Positions 40,538 through 61,876 of a DNA stretch of 64,000 nt are shown piece by piece. This DNA comes from Heteronotia binoei (lineage: Eukaryota): positions 285,572,001 to 285,636,000 of the forward strand of contig NC_083223.1 in assembly GCF_032191835.1 (NCBI RefSeq), read 5' to 3'. The notes beneath the pieces were generated by a model. That model was not told the origin of the DNA. It made no database searches and was given only the letters and a program-made list of their open reading frames with translations. The first letter of the stretch is position 1. Every line of letters starts with the position of its first letter. The position numbers and the translations under genes are program-made.

Positions 40538-41435
40538 GTGCTCATTCAATTATTTATTTGTATCCTATAGAAATGTCTGAATTTTTCTATAAAGGAGCAA
40601 AACTTCTACCTGAAGGCCACCTCCTTCTTTCACCCTCTCCAAGACCGCTGGGGGTTGTGGGGGGGGGGCAGGCTGGCTGCTGCAGAGACTGAGGAAGGGG
40701 CTTCCCTCTTCCTTGGCTTCCTCCTGTCACTTCCTGCCCCTTGCAAGGCCAGGTTTTGCCTCCCCTCCCTGCCAAAAGGGCTCTCTGCTTGGGGCTTCCT
40801 GGCTGAGCAGCATGTGGGGGTGGTGGGGTGAGGTGGAGGCCTCGCTGTGACGACTTCTCTGGCAGAAGCCCTGCAAAACCTCCCTCTTCCTTGTGGAATC
40901 AGTGCGGGGGGTGGGGGGTAGATGGAAGCAGCAGCAGCAGCAGCATCGCCTTGGAGTTCTCCTTTGGCAGCAGGGCTGGGGCTGGGCGCTCCTGCAGGGC
41001 TCCAGACAGCAACTGATACCAGCGCTTTGACTGCAGGCCTCCTGCCCCGGGGCCACCACCCAGGCCCCTTCTGGTTCCAATTATGCCAAAGTGTTGCCCA
41101 TGTGGGGCCACTCCCCCCAGGTGGGGGTCAGGGGCCCATAGCGAAGGCCTAAGGGTCAAGGCCCCCGGAGGGCGATGCGTCTTGGCGGTGGGGCCCTTAG
41201 TGCCCATGTGGGGGCCACTCCCCCAGGTGGGGGTCGGGCCCATAGCAAAGGCCTACGGGTCAAGGCCCCCAGAGAGCTCTCCGTGCACTGGGAAATGCCC
41301 CTTAGGAGACAGACAACATGCCCCATGAAGCTGCTGCTTCTTTGGGCAGCCAAGGCCTGTCTGAAGGCTGGCTGGGGCTCTGGAGGGTCTCGGTCTTCCT
41401 CCTCGCCTCTTCGATGGCGCTTCTCTTATGTTCTT

Positions 41436-41658
41436 ATTAACATGTGGAATTCACTGCCACAGGAGGTGGTGGCGGCCACAAGTATAGCCACCTTCAAGAG
41501 GGGTTTAGATAAAAATATGGAGCACAGGTCCATCAGTGGCTATTAGCCAGAGTGTATGTGTGTATATAAAATTTTTTGCCACTGTGTGACACAGAGTGTT
41601 GGACTTGATGGGCCGTTGGCCTGATCCAACATGGCTTCTCTTATGTTCTTATGTTCTT
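41436..41658 (+). mobile_element. Short CR1 3' fragment
   Basis: INMWNSLPQEVV...SISGY* plus tail ending (TTCTTATG)n. Confidence 0.85.
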
Positions 41659-43572
41659 GAGCTGGAGGTGGCCGGGATTGAACCTGGGGCCTTTTGCACA
41701 CTGACCAGATGCTCTGCTGCTGAGCTGCCTGTCCATCTTGATCCGCTGAGGGCAAGGAAGGCAGCATTTGGTTGAGGACAACAGCTGTGTTTCACCTGGC
41801 TGCCACTCCCACCCCCCACGAAACAGTGGCATATTCTGGCAGTTTCACTGCCATCTTATTTATTCATCCCCCCCCCCGAAACTGGAGTTATTTGGTCTTT
41901 GCAGCCACTGAAAATCCTGATGCTTTGCCTAAAGTGAAACTATTTGGTTGAAGAGGAGTGGACTACAGCATATGACCCTTGGAAAAACCAAGTTTTCGAT
42001 GCAACCCACTTTCCCTGGGGCTAAATGTCTCTGCAGCGGTCTAGAAAAGACCAAAACATCCCGCTGGCTCCAAGTTTCCTGCTCAGGCTCTCTGTTAATC
42101 TCAGTTCCGCAGTCTTCTCCACCCGGCTGGCCGCCTCTCTTCAGCCCAGGTGGCAAAGTCTCTGGTGCAGACGTCCCTGGTTGTGGAACTGCTGGCACCG
42201 TGGGCGTTCTGACCCAGGCGGCTCTGCATACAGGTCTAATAGGAACTCTAAGCAGCTCAGACAAGATGGCCTGTTCCACAGGAAGACTTCTCATCGGAGC
42301 AGACAGCCGGAAGTCCTCCTGGGCAGTGGCAGTCACTCCCACAAGTTAACTACTCTTTGGGTGAAAAGTGCTTTCTCCGATTGGCAAGGGATCCCGGAGG
42401 TTTTGACATCTGAGCATGGAGCAGGGGGGTCACTGGGGATGGATGTACTTGTGAGTTTCCTGCATTGGGCAGGGGGTTGGGCTAGATGACCCTGGAGGTC
42501 CCTTCCAACTCTAGGATTGCTGACTTAGCATAGCAAATCACAGGACCTGGCACACTAATGGAATTTAGACGTATAAATGCCTTCGTTATGTATTAGGAAA
42601 GCCCTGGAGGCTGCCCGGAGGCCACATGTCTGGCTTCTTTTGCAAGCTGAAAGGGCGCGGGCGGGGATGAAAGGCATGCAGATGTCGGGCTAAGCCCAGG
42701 AATGCAGGCCCAGCCAGGCGAGGCGCGGCAGGCGGCTCTTCCGCGTTGTGAGGCCAAAAGCCCCGAGCTCTCCGAGGCGGCCTGGGCGTCAGACCGAAGA
42801 CAGCTCTAGGCCTCCCCGCTGCTCTTCGGGGCGCCCGGGGAGTGGAGCCAGGGAGGTGAGGGGCTGTGGGCATCCCCCCGTCGGGGAAGAGGAGGCGGCG
42901 GCAAGGCCGAGGGGCCCCGCCTCGCTCCTGGGGGCGGGGGCGGCTCTCCGCAGATGCCCCAACCGGAGAAGGAGCCCCGCGACGGCGGCCCCGGCTCTCC
43001 CGCCCCTGCCCCCCCTCCGGGCTGCAGGCAGGCGCGCCTCCCGAGGGCTGCGACGTGCTGAAGGGCCCCGGGGTGGGCGGCTGCCAGGCAGCTCCGACGG
43101 GGGGCCTCCAACACAACGCAGCCCCCCCCCCCCCTCCTCTCCTTGCAGGTTTCCCCACGGGGGCTGGCTGGCCCTCTGGCAGCAATGGGGAGCCGCGGAA
43201 CGTCGGGGGAGGGGCCTCGGGCAGGGGGTTGGACTAGATGACCCCGGAGGCTCCTTCCCACTCCGTGGCTCTAGGATTCTCCCCCCACCCTCCTGCTGCT
43301 GCTGCTGCTTTCGGTCCGAGGGGACGGGCGGGGGCGCTGCCCGGGCCCCGCATGCCTCGTGGCGCGCGCGGCCTTTGCGCGGGAGAGCCGCCCGTCGGGG
43401 CTGCGTGCAGGAAGCGGGCGGGGCTGGCCGGCCCGCGGGAGGGAAGGAAGGAAGGCAGGCCCCGCCCGGCTCCTGCAGGGGCTGCGCTTCCCTTCCCTTC
43501 CCGCTCTCCCTCCCTCCCTGCAGGCCCCGCTGCGCCTGCCCGCCCGCCCGCCCGCCCGCCCCGGGGGGAGCC

Positions 43573-53584
<10,012 letters not shown>

Positions 53585-53664
53585 GCCTGGCCCTGCCCCT
53601 CTCCTGCCCGCCTGCTTTGCACCCGCTGCCACAGAAGAAGCAGAGGCCCTCTGGCCAAAGCCTT

Positions 53665-54213
53665 TAAGAACATAAGAGAAGCCATGTTGGATCAGGCCAG
53701 TGGCCCCTCCAGTCCAACACTCTGTGTCACACAGTGGCAAAAAATTTATATATATATAAATATATATATATACACACACACACACACAGTGGCTAATAGC
53801 CACTGATGAACCTCTGCTCCATATTTTTATCTAACCCCCTCTTGAAGCTGGTAATGCTTGTAGCTGCCACCACCTCCTGTGGCAGTGAATTCCACATGTT
53901 AATCACCCTTTGGGTGAAGAAATACCTCCTTTTATCCATTCTAACCTGATTGCTCAGCAATTTCATCGAATGCCCATGAGTTCTTGTATTGTGAGAAAGG
54001 GAGAAAAGGACTTCTTTCTCTACCTTCTCCATCCCATGCATAATCTTGTAAGCCTCTATCATATCATCCCGCAGTCCACGTTTCTCCAAGCTAAAGAGCC
54101 CCAAGTGTTTTAACCTTTCTTCATAGGGGAAGTGTTCCAAACCTGTAATCATTCTAGTTGCCCTTTTCTGCACTTTTTCCAGTGGTATGATATCCTTTTT
54201 GAGGTGCGGTGAC
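53665..54213 (-). mobile_element. CR1 3' fragment, antisense, 80 nt after the DAPK2-like stop codon
   Basis: LEKVQKRATRMI...RVINMWNSLPQEVV; CR1 tail with an internal (TA)n(CA)n. Confidence 0.9.
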
Positions 54214-54397
54214 CTGGCAAGGGGCATGGGGGTGCCAGCACTGTCCAGCATGTGGGGCTTCCGTCACAGGCAGCCTCTGGATCTGGGATCCCCTCGGCTA
54301 CCGAGAAGGCCCTTGGGGGTGGGGTGGGGGGCTGAGGGCTGGAAAGGGCTTGGGTGAGGGGTCTGCACTGGCTAACTTTTATTTTCCAAAGCAACGC

Positions 54398-54403
54398 AAT
54401 AAA
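54398..54403 (+). terminator. Candidate DAPK2-like polyadenylation signal
   Basis: First AATAAA after the stop codon (about 810 nt downstream). Confidence 0.45.
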
Positions 54404-57400
54404 GTGGGCAGAGGATTGCCCCCCCCCTCTTGCATGGCCTCTGTTTGAGTGGAGTTGGGAACTTCTGCGGGAGCCCCTGGCCCAGCCTCCCCCCATCCTG
54501 GCAGCTCCGTTCAATACTAGGAGGCCCAGGGCTGCTCTGCGGGGGCGGGGAGCCTTGAAAGCCCTTGGGGTGGGGTTTCTGTAAATCGGCTGTGGCTTGA
54601 CACAGAGTCGGCTGACAGTGGGGGGGGGGGGCAGGTATGAGGCAGAGGGAGGCCTGGGCCCCCCCTTCCAGTTAGGGTTCTGCTGAATTCCCCAGGGGCA
54701 GGGGGTGCTGCAGCTGCCTCAGTCCTCCCCAAGTGGGGGGGGGGATAAGAACCCCAACCTCCGGTGGTTGCTCAAGAGCAAGTACGGAAGTCCTGCAGTC
54801 CGGGGGCGGGGTTTGCCCAGGCCCACCCCTCCCTTGAGCCCCCTGCAGCTCTGCAATATGATCCCCTCCACAAGTGGCCAGACTGGCCATCTTGGGCTCA
54901 GCAGCTCCCCCCTTTCCATGGGTCATCCTTGGGGAGCAGAAACTGCTCCTGGCCCCCAGTGGCCCCCCCTTCCAGCTCTGCCCCAAACCTAGGAGCTCAG
55001 AGTGTGCCCCCTCCTGCTTCCTGGTGGAGGGGGGTCTCTCAGCGGGCCTGGCTGACCTGCTAAGCTCTGGGGGGGGGGGGGGGGGCTCTCCGCCAACAGG
55101 TCCCCTGGGGGGAGGGGGGTTTGTCCTGGCTGCCTGTGGAGTTCTCTGGGCCCCGGGAGAGGCTGGAGCTGGAGCAGCCGGGTGGAGGTGGGGTGGGGGC
55201 GGCCTGTGTCTTCGTCCCTGCAGAGCTTGGCCCCAGCCGTCTAGCGCCCACGGGGTGGGGGAGGGCGGGTGCCACGAGAGGCTGGACTGCTGCAGTGCCT
55301 CTTCAGTGGGGCCAGCCCTGGTGGCTGCCTCCTGCGGGGAGGGGGTGGGGGCCTGGCTTTGGAACCAGGCCCAGAGAGTCACTGGCCCCAGAGGGCAGTA
55401 GCTGGCCCCCAGGCACCTTGGAAGGGAGCAGGGCTGCTGGGGGGGGGGGGCTGGGCCTCCTCAGAAGAAAGCCAGTGCCCCAGGCAGAGCTGTGGGGAGG
55501 GGGGGCTGTTGCCAGTCTGGCTGGGGCTGAGAGAGAGGGAGGAGGGTCCAGGCTGACTCACCCCCACCCCCGGCTGGCACGTGGAGGGCATGGCACCTCC
55601 GTCCTGTGGCGGAAGTCACGGGTGCTCCTGCCACAGCCCTTTTGAGGGAGAAGGGTGCTGCTGGAGAGCCAGACCCAGAGAGCCCCACGGCATGGGGCCA
55701 GAAGGCAACTCTCCCCCCACTCTGTGTCCAGCGTTGGTGGGTGGCCCAGATCCCAGACCCACAGCTGCAAGTAGCCACAGGAACTCCTCTGGGGAGGAAG
55801 GGGGAGTGGTCCAGGGACACCAGACAGCCCTAAAACAGGCACTGCCCTTTGCCCACGTGTGCTGTGACTCCTGAAGAAGCAAGGCTGCCAGGACTGTGCC
55901 TTCAGCCCTTTTGGGATATCCGCTGAGCTGGAATCGGGGGAAGGAGCAGCAGCCGCCTGCGGGAGGGGTGCTTTTGGGGTCAGGATAAGGCAGCAGGTGC
56001 TGGGCCCCCAGGTCCTCATGCCATTCCCGGTCACAGAAGCACCCCTGTGGCACTCACCAGGCAGAGGTTGGCCTCCTTCCCTACCTGGACGAGGGTTAGC
56101 TGGAGGCCCCGCTCCGTATAGCACACCCAGTGGCTGGCTGGGGCTCCCTTCCTGCCTTGCAGGCTATCTCTCCCTCCCTCCCCCCCCCCGCCCATCCAGT
56201 CGGTGAGCGGCCCTGTTCCCTCCCGTCCCCTCTCTTATTTCCCCAACAAGGAGGGAAGCCGGGCCTTGCAGCTGCCCCCGTCTTGTTTCAGTTGTCAGGC
56301 TAAATATTTTGCATGTCCCATTTGTCAACAGTGGCGGGCAGCAGGCCAGCTCCCCACAGCAGCGAGGCCCACAGCTGGCTGGCGCACCGTCTCTTCCCCG
56401 GCCCCCTCCCTGAGTGCTGCTCCGTCAATAGCAATAGCGGGGAAGACTCCCGGCTCCACCCCTGGGCTCCTGCTCCACCTGGGGCCAGAATAGGCTGAGG
56501 CCGGGGCTGCCTCCCCTCTACCTGCACAGGTGAGCTGCTGCCTGGGTGCCTGTTGCGGAGGCAGCCAGCCTAGCTGGTCTTCCCGCTGGGCAATGAGAAA
56601 GGAGCCCTTGGGGGAGCTTCTGGCTGAGCCCAGCAACCCTCAGCTCTCTCCCCCAGCCTGCTGACAGAAGACTTCCTGCCCGGGGGGCCTCTTCCCCTCC
56701 TCTGGATCCTTTGCCCTCATGGCCCCGAAGAAGGGGCAGCAGTGGGGCCCGGGGACCTGGGGATTTCTGCATCTTGGGCGACCTCTTCTGCTCCTCAGCC
56801 TCTTCTGCCTGGCCCCGGTGCCAGGGGCACCTGAAAGTAAGTGCATGGGGTGGGGAGGGAGAGCAGGCCTGCCTTGGCCCAGGGGCATCCCAAAGTCAGC
56901 CCGAGGCAACCATGACTCCAGCCCAGCCAGAAAAGGGAACTCTGGCCCCGGGCGGGAGGAGGCAGGCTCTCTGGGGGCCATATTCAGGAGAGGGGCTGTG
57001 GTGGGGCGGGCAGCAGCAAACAGACTGAAACACCCATGGCAGGAGTTTGAAGAAGCCTGTTGAGCTCCTGAAAACGCAGATCTTGCCAAAAATGGTGCCA
57101 TATTCAATTCAGTGATATTACCAGTATTAGGAAACCACAGTACATCAAGACAGAACCATACAGCACTAAATGGATTAGCAGGGCAATACCTTGCTTATTT
57201 ACTACCGTTATTTATGAGAAACGATTCCACAATGTGTGATGAGAAATAATAATTCTACAAAACAGTTCTGAAGTATTGAAACTGTTCTACGATGTATTGA
57301 AACTGTTTTCCGATGCTTGAATTTTGATGTCTGTTTTTACTGCTGTAAGCTGCCCTGAGCCTGCTTTTGGAATAGGGTGGGGTATTAATCAGAAAATTAG

Positions 57401-58811
57401 ATTAAAACCAAAGTGGTGTCAATCTCAGTTCACCCTTTGGTCTTAAGGTCATTCCTTCAATGTCGTCTGCAAGTCGGATCTTACTTTCCCCTGGAAGTCT
57501 CCCCCCACCCGCCCCTCCCCACACAGAGTGCCTGTGGAAACTCAGCAGATGCACAAGGGAACCTGTTTGGATCCATTGATCTTCAGCTCCTGGTTTCACA
57601 GCTAAAAGGACAAAATGCTCATTCAGCCCTCTCAAGCTCACATCGAGTTATACTACAAGCAGATTAAATCAAGCCACTCGCCCAAAATTCAAAAGGGTGA
57701 TTCCTGTTGTCTGTAGAATTGTTATTTAACTCTTGTTACACGCTCTGGAATTGTCGTGGCAATTCGGGAAGGCCTTGTCCTGCCAGTCCACTTAGTGCTG
57801 CGTGGTTCTGTCTTGCTGTGGAGCTCTGGAGCCATCCGTAGCAGCAACCGGAAGCTGGGGTGTCCACAGCACAGGGGCACTTGGATGGGGCTTCGCTGTT
57901 GTGCCCCAGGCCAGATGCCTCCCGTAGCTGCAGCGTGCGGGGGGGGGGGCAGAAATCTGGGGCAAGAGCAGCTGCTGCCCCCCCCCCCCGAACTCCAGTC
58001 TGCTGCCTCAGCCATGTGAGGAAAGGGAGAAGGGGGCACCGGCCTCCGAGAGCTGCCAGGGGGGAAGCCAAGACTGTTGCACTCCGGAGCAACCAGGGAC
58101 AATGCTTGTGGGGGGGGGGGGGAAGGAACTCAGAGGGCAGCACAGCCAAAGCACCAGAAGTCAGCTTTGATGGTGGTCACAATTTGACATAGAAGACGCT
58201 GTGCAAGTACGTCTGGGGGACTCCTCTCGGCTGCTGCTGCTGCTGCTCCAGGTTGCCTTGCATGTGAGTTGGGGGTCTGTGACTTCTGGGCTGTGCAGGA
58301 GCCATGCGTGGTGGTGACTCTGTCTCCCTCTGGGGGAACCCCTTGCAGGGGAGGGCTCTGCGAGAGGCTTCCTTCCGGCAGAGTTAGGGCAGCTGCCTGC
58401 CTGCCGGGCAGGGACGTTCCCCGCACTGAGCGAGTCCTGGGGGTGGGGCTGGGGCTGGGTTTTGGGAGGGCAGGAACAGAGAGCGCTCATGGGACCCCTA
58501 CCCTCCTTTGCCCACCAGCCCCCCCCCCACCTGCCTGCTTTCGGCCCCTCCTGTGGCTCCCTCCCATGGCCCCTTCCTCTGCCCTCTCCTTCCTGGCACA
58601 GGGCGATTGGTGTTGCTGGGCGTGCAGCTGCTGTGCCTGCCCAGAGCACTACTGGCACCCCCTGGGCAGCCGGGAGTGGAGGAGGTGGGGGGCTCACAAG
58701 GGAAGGGGCACAGGCAGTGGCAAAGGTGGCAGGGGGGGGTCAGTGGCAGAGGCCAGCCCTGCAGGAAGAAAAGGCAGCCACGTGAGCCAACCTGGCTCCC
58801 TTTCCCTTGCG

Positions 58812-61182
58812 GGGTCAGACGAGTGAGGGTCCATCTAGTCCAGCCTCCTGTCTCACACAGTGACCAGCCAGTTCCTCTGGAGAGCCAACAACAGGCAGAG
58901 AGGCCGAGGCCTTCCCCTGAGAAGAGCATCAGAAGAGCCCTGCTGGACCAGACCAGGGAGGGTCCATCTAGTCCAGCCTCCTGTCTCACGCTGTGGCCAG
59001 CCAGTTACTCTGGAGGGCCAACAACAGGGCAGAGAGGTTGAGGCCTTCCCCTGAGAAGAGCATCAGAAGAGCCCTGCTGGGTCAGACCAGGGAGGGTCCA
59101 GCTAGTCCAGCCTCCTGTCTCACGCAGTGGCCACCCAGTTCCTCTGGAGGGCCAACAGCAGGGCAGAGAGGTCGAAGCCTTCCCCTGAGAAGAACATCAG
59201 AAGAGCCCTGCTGGGTCAGACCAGGGAAGGACCATCTAGTCCAGCCTCCTGTCTCACACAGGAGCCAGCCAGTTCCTCTGGAGGGCGAACAACAGGGCAG
59301 AGAGGTCAAGGCCTTCCCCTGAGAAGAGCATCAGAAGAGCCCTGCTGGGTCAGACCAGGGAGGTTCCATCTAGTCCAGCCTCCTGTCTCACACAGTGGCC
59401 AGCCAGTTCCTCTGGATGGCCAACAACAGGGCAGAGAGGCTGAGACCTTCCCCTGAGAAGAACCTCAGAAGAGCCCTGCTGGATCAGACCAGTGAGGGTT
59501 CATCTAGTCCAGCCTCCTGTCTCACACAATGGCCAACCAGTTCCTTTGGAGGGCCAACAACAGGGCAGAGAGGCCGAGGCTTTCCCCTGAGAAGAACATC
59601 AAAAGAGCCTTGCTGGGTCAGACCAGTGTGGGTCCATCTAGTCCAGCCTCCTGCCTCACACAGTGGCTATCCAGTTCCTCTGGAGGGCCAACAACAGGGC
59701 AGAGAGGCCGAGGCCTTCCCCTGAGAAGAACATCAGAAGAGCCCTGCTGGATCAGACCAGTGAAGGTCCATCTAGTCCAACATCCTCTCTCACAGTAGCC
59801 AACCAGTTCATCTGGAAGGCCAACAACAGGGCAGAAATGCTGAGGCCTTCCTCTGAGAAGAACACCAGAAGACCCCTGCTGGGTCAGACCAGTGAGGGTC
59901 CACCTAGTCCAGCCTGCTGTCTCACACAGTGGCCAATCAGTTCCTCTAGAGGGCCAATAACAGGGCAGAGAGGCCGAGGCCTTCACAAGAACATCAGAAG
60001 AGCCCTGCTGGATTAGACCATTGAAGGTCCATCCAGTCCAGACTCCTGTCTCACACAGTGGCCAGCCAGTTCTTCTGGAGAGCCAACAACAGGGCAGAGA
60101 GGCTTTCATAACAACATCAGAAGAGCCCTGCTGGGTCAAACCAGTGAGGGTTCATCTAGTCCATCTTCCTGTAGTATGTGTGGAAAGGATCTTCGGGTCT
60201 TAGTGGATCATACGCTGAACATGAGTCAACAGTGTGATGTGATTAAAAAGGCAAATGGAATTTTGAGCTGTATCAACAGAAGTATAGTGTCCATATCACG
60301 TGATGTGATGGTGTCGCTTTACTCTGCTCTAGTAAGACCTCACCTGGACTATTGTGTTCAGCTTTGGGCACCACATTTTAAGAAGGATCTAGACAAGCTG
60401 AAATGGATCCAGAGGAGGGCGACAAAGATGGTGAAGGGTCTGGAGACAAAGTCCTATGAGGAAAGGTTGAAAGAGCTGGGGATGATTAGCCTGGAGAGGA
60501 GGCGGCTGAGAGGTGATAGGATCACCATCTTCAAGTCTTTGAAGGGCTGTCAGAGAGAGGATGGTGCAGAATTGTTTTCTGTGACCCCAGAAGGTAGGAC
60601 CAGAACCAACGGGTTGAAATTAAAGTAAAAGAATTTTCGGCTCAACATTAGGAAGAACTTCCTGACCATCAGAGCGGTTCCTCAGTGGAACAGGCTTCCT
60701 CCTGGGGAGGTGGTGGGCTCTCCTTCCTTGGAGGTTTTTCAACAGAGGCTAGATGGCCATCTGACAGCAATGAAGAACCTGTGAATTTAGAGTGAGGTAT
60801 TTGTGAGTTTCCTGCATTGCGCAGGGGGTTGGACTAGATGACCTTGGAGGTCTCTATGATTCCAGGGGCCAACCAGTTCCTCCGGAGGGTCAACAACAGG
60901 GCAGAGAGGCCGAGGTCTTCCCCTGAGAAGAACCTCAGAAGAGCCCTGCTGGGTCAGACTAGGGAGGGTCCATCCATTCCAGCCTCCTGTCTCACTCAGT
61001 GGCCAGCCAGTTCCTCTGGAGGGCCAATAACAGGGCAGAGAGGCCGAGGCCTTCCCCTGAGGAGAACCTCAGAAGAGCCCTGCTGGGTCAGACCATGGAG
61101 GGTCCACCTATTGCAGCAACCTGCATGACACAGTAGGCAGCCAGTTCCTCTTAACAGCCAGCAACAGGGCAGAGAGGCCTTC
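58812..61182 (-). repeat. Tandem array (~134-bp unit, ~12 copies) of a diverged CR1-like 3' tail, interrupted by the CR1 at 60173-60863
   Basis: Unit agaagagcatcagaagagccctgctgggtcagaccagggagggtccatctagtccagcctcctgtctcacacagtggcc...ccttcccctg. The ORF track shows the 134-bp spacing. Confidence 0.85.
60173..60863 (+). mobile_element. CR1 3' fragment, different (older) subfamily
   Basis: DLRVLVD, ALVRPHLDYCVQLWAPHFKKD motifs; tail ...ggttggactagatgacc...tctatgatt. Confidence 0.88.
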
Positions 61183-61508
61183 ATGGGATTCACAGGTTTA
61201 GTGCCTCTGACTGGAGGTTCTCCTCAGCCGCCAAGGCTTGCAGCCACTGATAGACCTCTCTGTCATGGTGAGTCTTAGGAAGATGCTTCTCAGAGCAGAG
61301 GTTCAGCTGGCCTAGTTAGGGGGCCAGGAGGGCCCAGCTGTGGGGTGCCCCTGTGGCTGCCCTTTTGGGCTCTGCTCTTTTTTCTGGGGAGGGACTGTGG
61401 CTCAATGGTGGAGCATCCGTTTGTCAGGGGAAAGGTCAGGTCATGGGTGATGTGAAAGCCCTTTTTCTGCTGGGAAGCAGAGGCAACCTCTGGTGCGCTT
61501 CTCATTGA

Positions 61509-61870
61509 GAGAGCCAGTTTAACATAGTTATGAAGTGGGTGGACTCTTATCTGGGAGAACCGAGTTTGATCCCCCACTCCTCCACTTGCAGCTGCTGGAA
61601 TGGCATTGGATCAGCCAGACCTCTCTTTTCTGGGAGAACCGGGTTGGATTCCCCACTCCTCCACTTGCACCTGCTGGAATGGCCTTGGGTCAGCCATGGC
61701 TCTGGCGAGGTTGTCCTTGAAAGGGCAGCTGCTGTGAGAGCCCTCTCAGCTCCACCCACCTCACAGGGTGTCTGTTGTGTGTGTTGTGGGGAGAGGTAAA
61801 GGAGATTGTGACCGCTCTGAAACTCTGAGATTCAGAGTATAGGGCGGGGTATAAATCCCATATCGTCTTC
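61509..61870 (+). mobile_element. Squam3-like SINE, full length
   Basis: tRNA-like head with B-box-like agtttgatcc and MIR-like acctcacagggtgtctgttgtg. Confidence 0.8.
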
Positions 61871-61876
61871 CTCTTG

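Noticed and set aside
41097-41275. ~106-bp imperfect direct repeat downstream of PRCC
   Set aside because: Only two diverged copies and no associated structure; an ordinary local duplication.
41929-42349. Overlapping 133-137 aa ORFs on both strands
   Set aside because: No recognisable domain or splice context.
57402-57900. Non-repetitive AT-richer segment with short ORFs
   Set aside because: No recognisable homology and weak splice context; left unassigned pending BLAST.
54404-61500. Expected SH2D2A exons downstream of PRCC
   Set aside because: No SH2-like (WFHG, FLVRES-type) sequence was recognised on either strand; a diverged exon could have been missed without tblastn.
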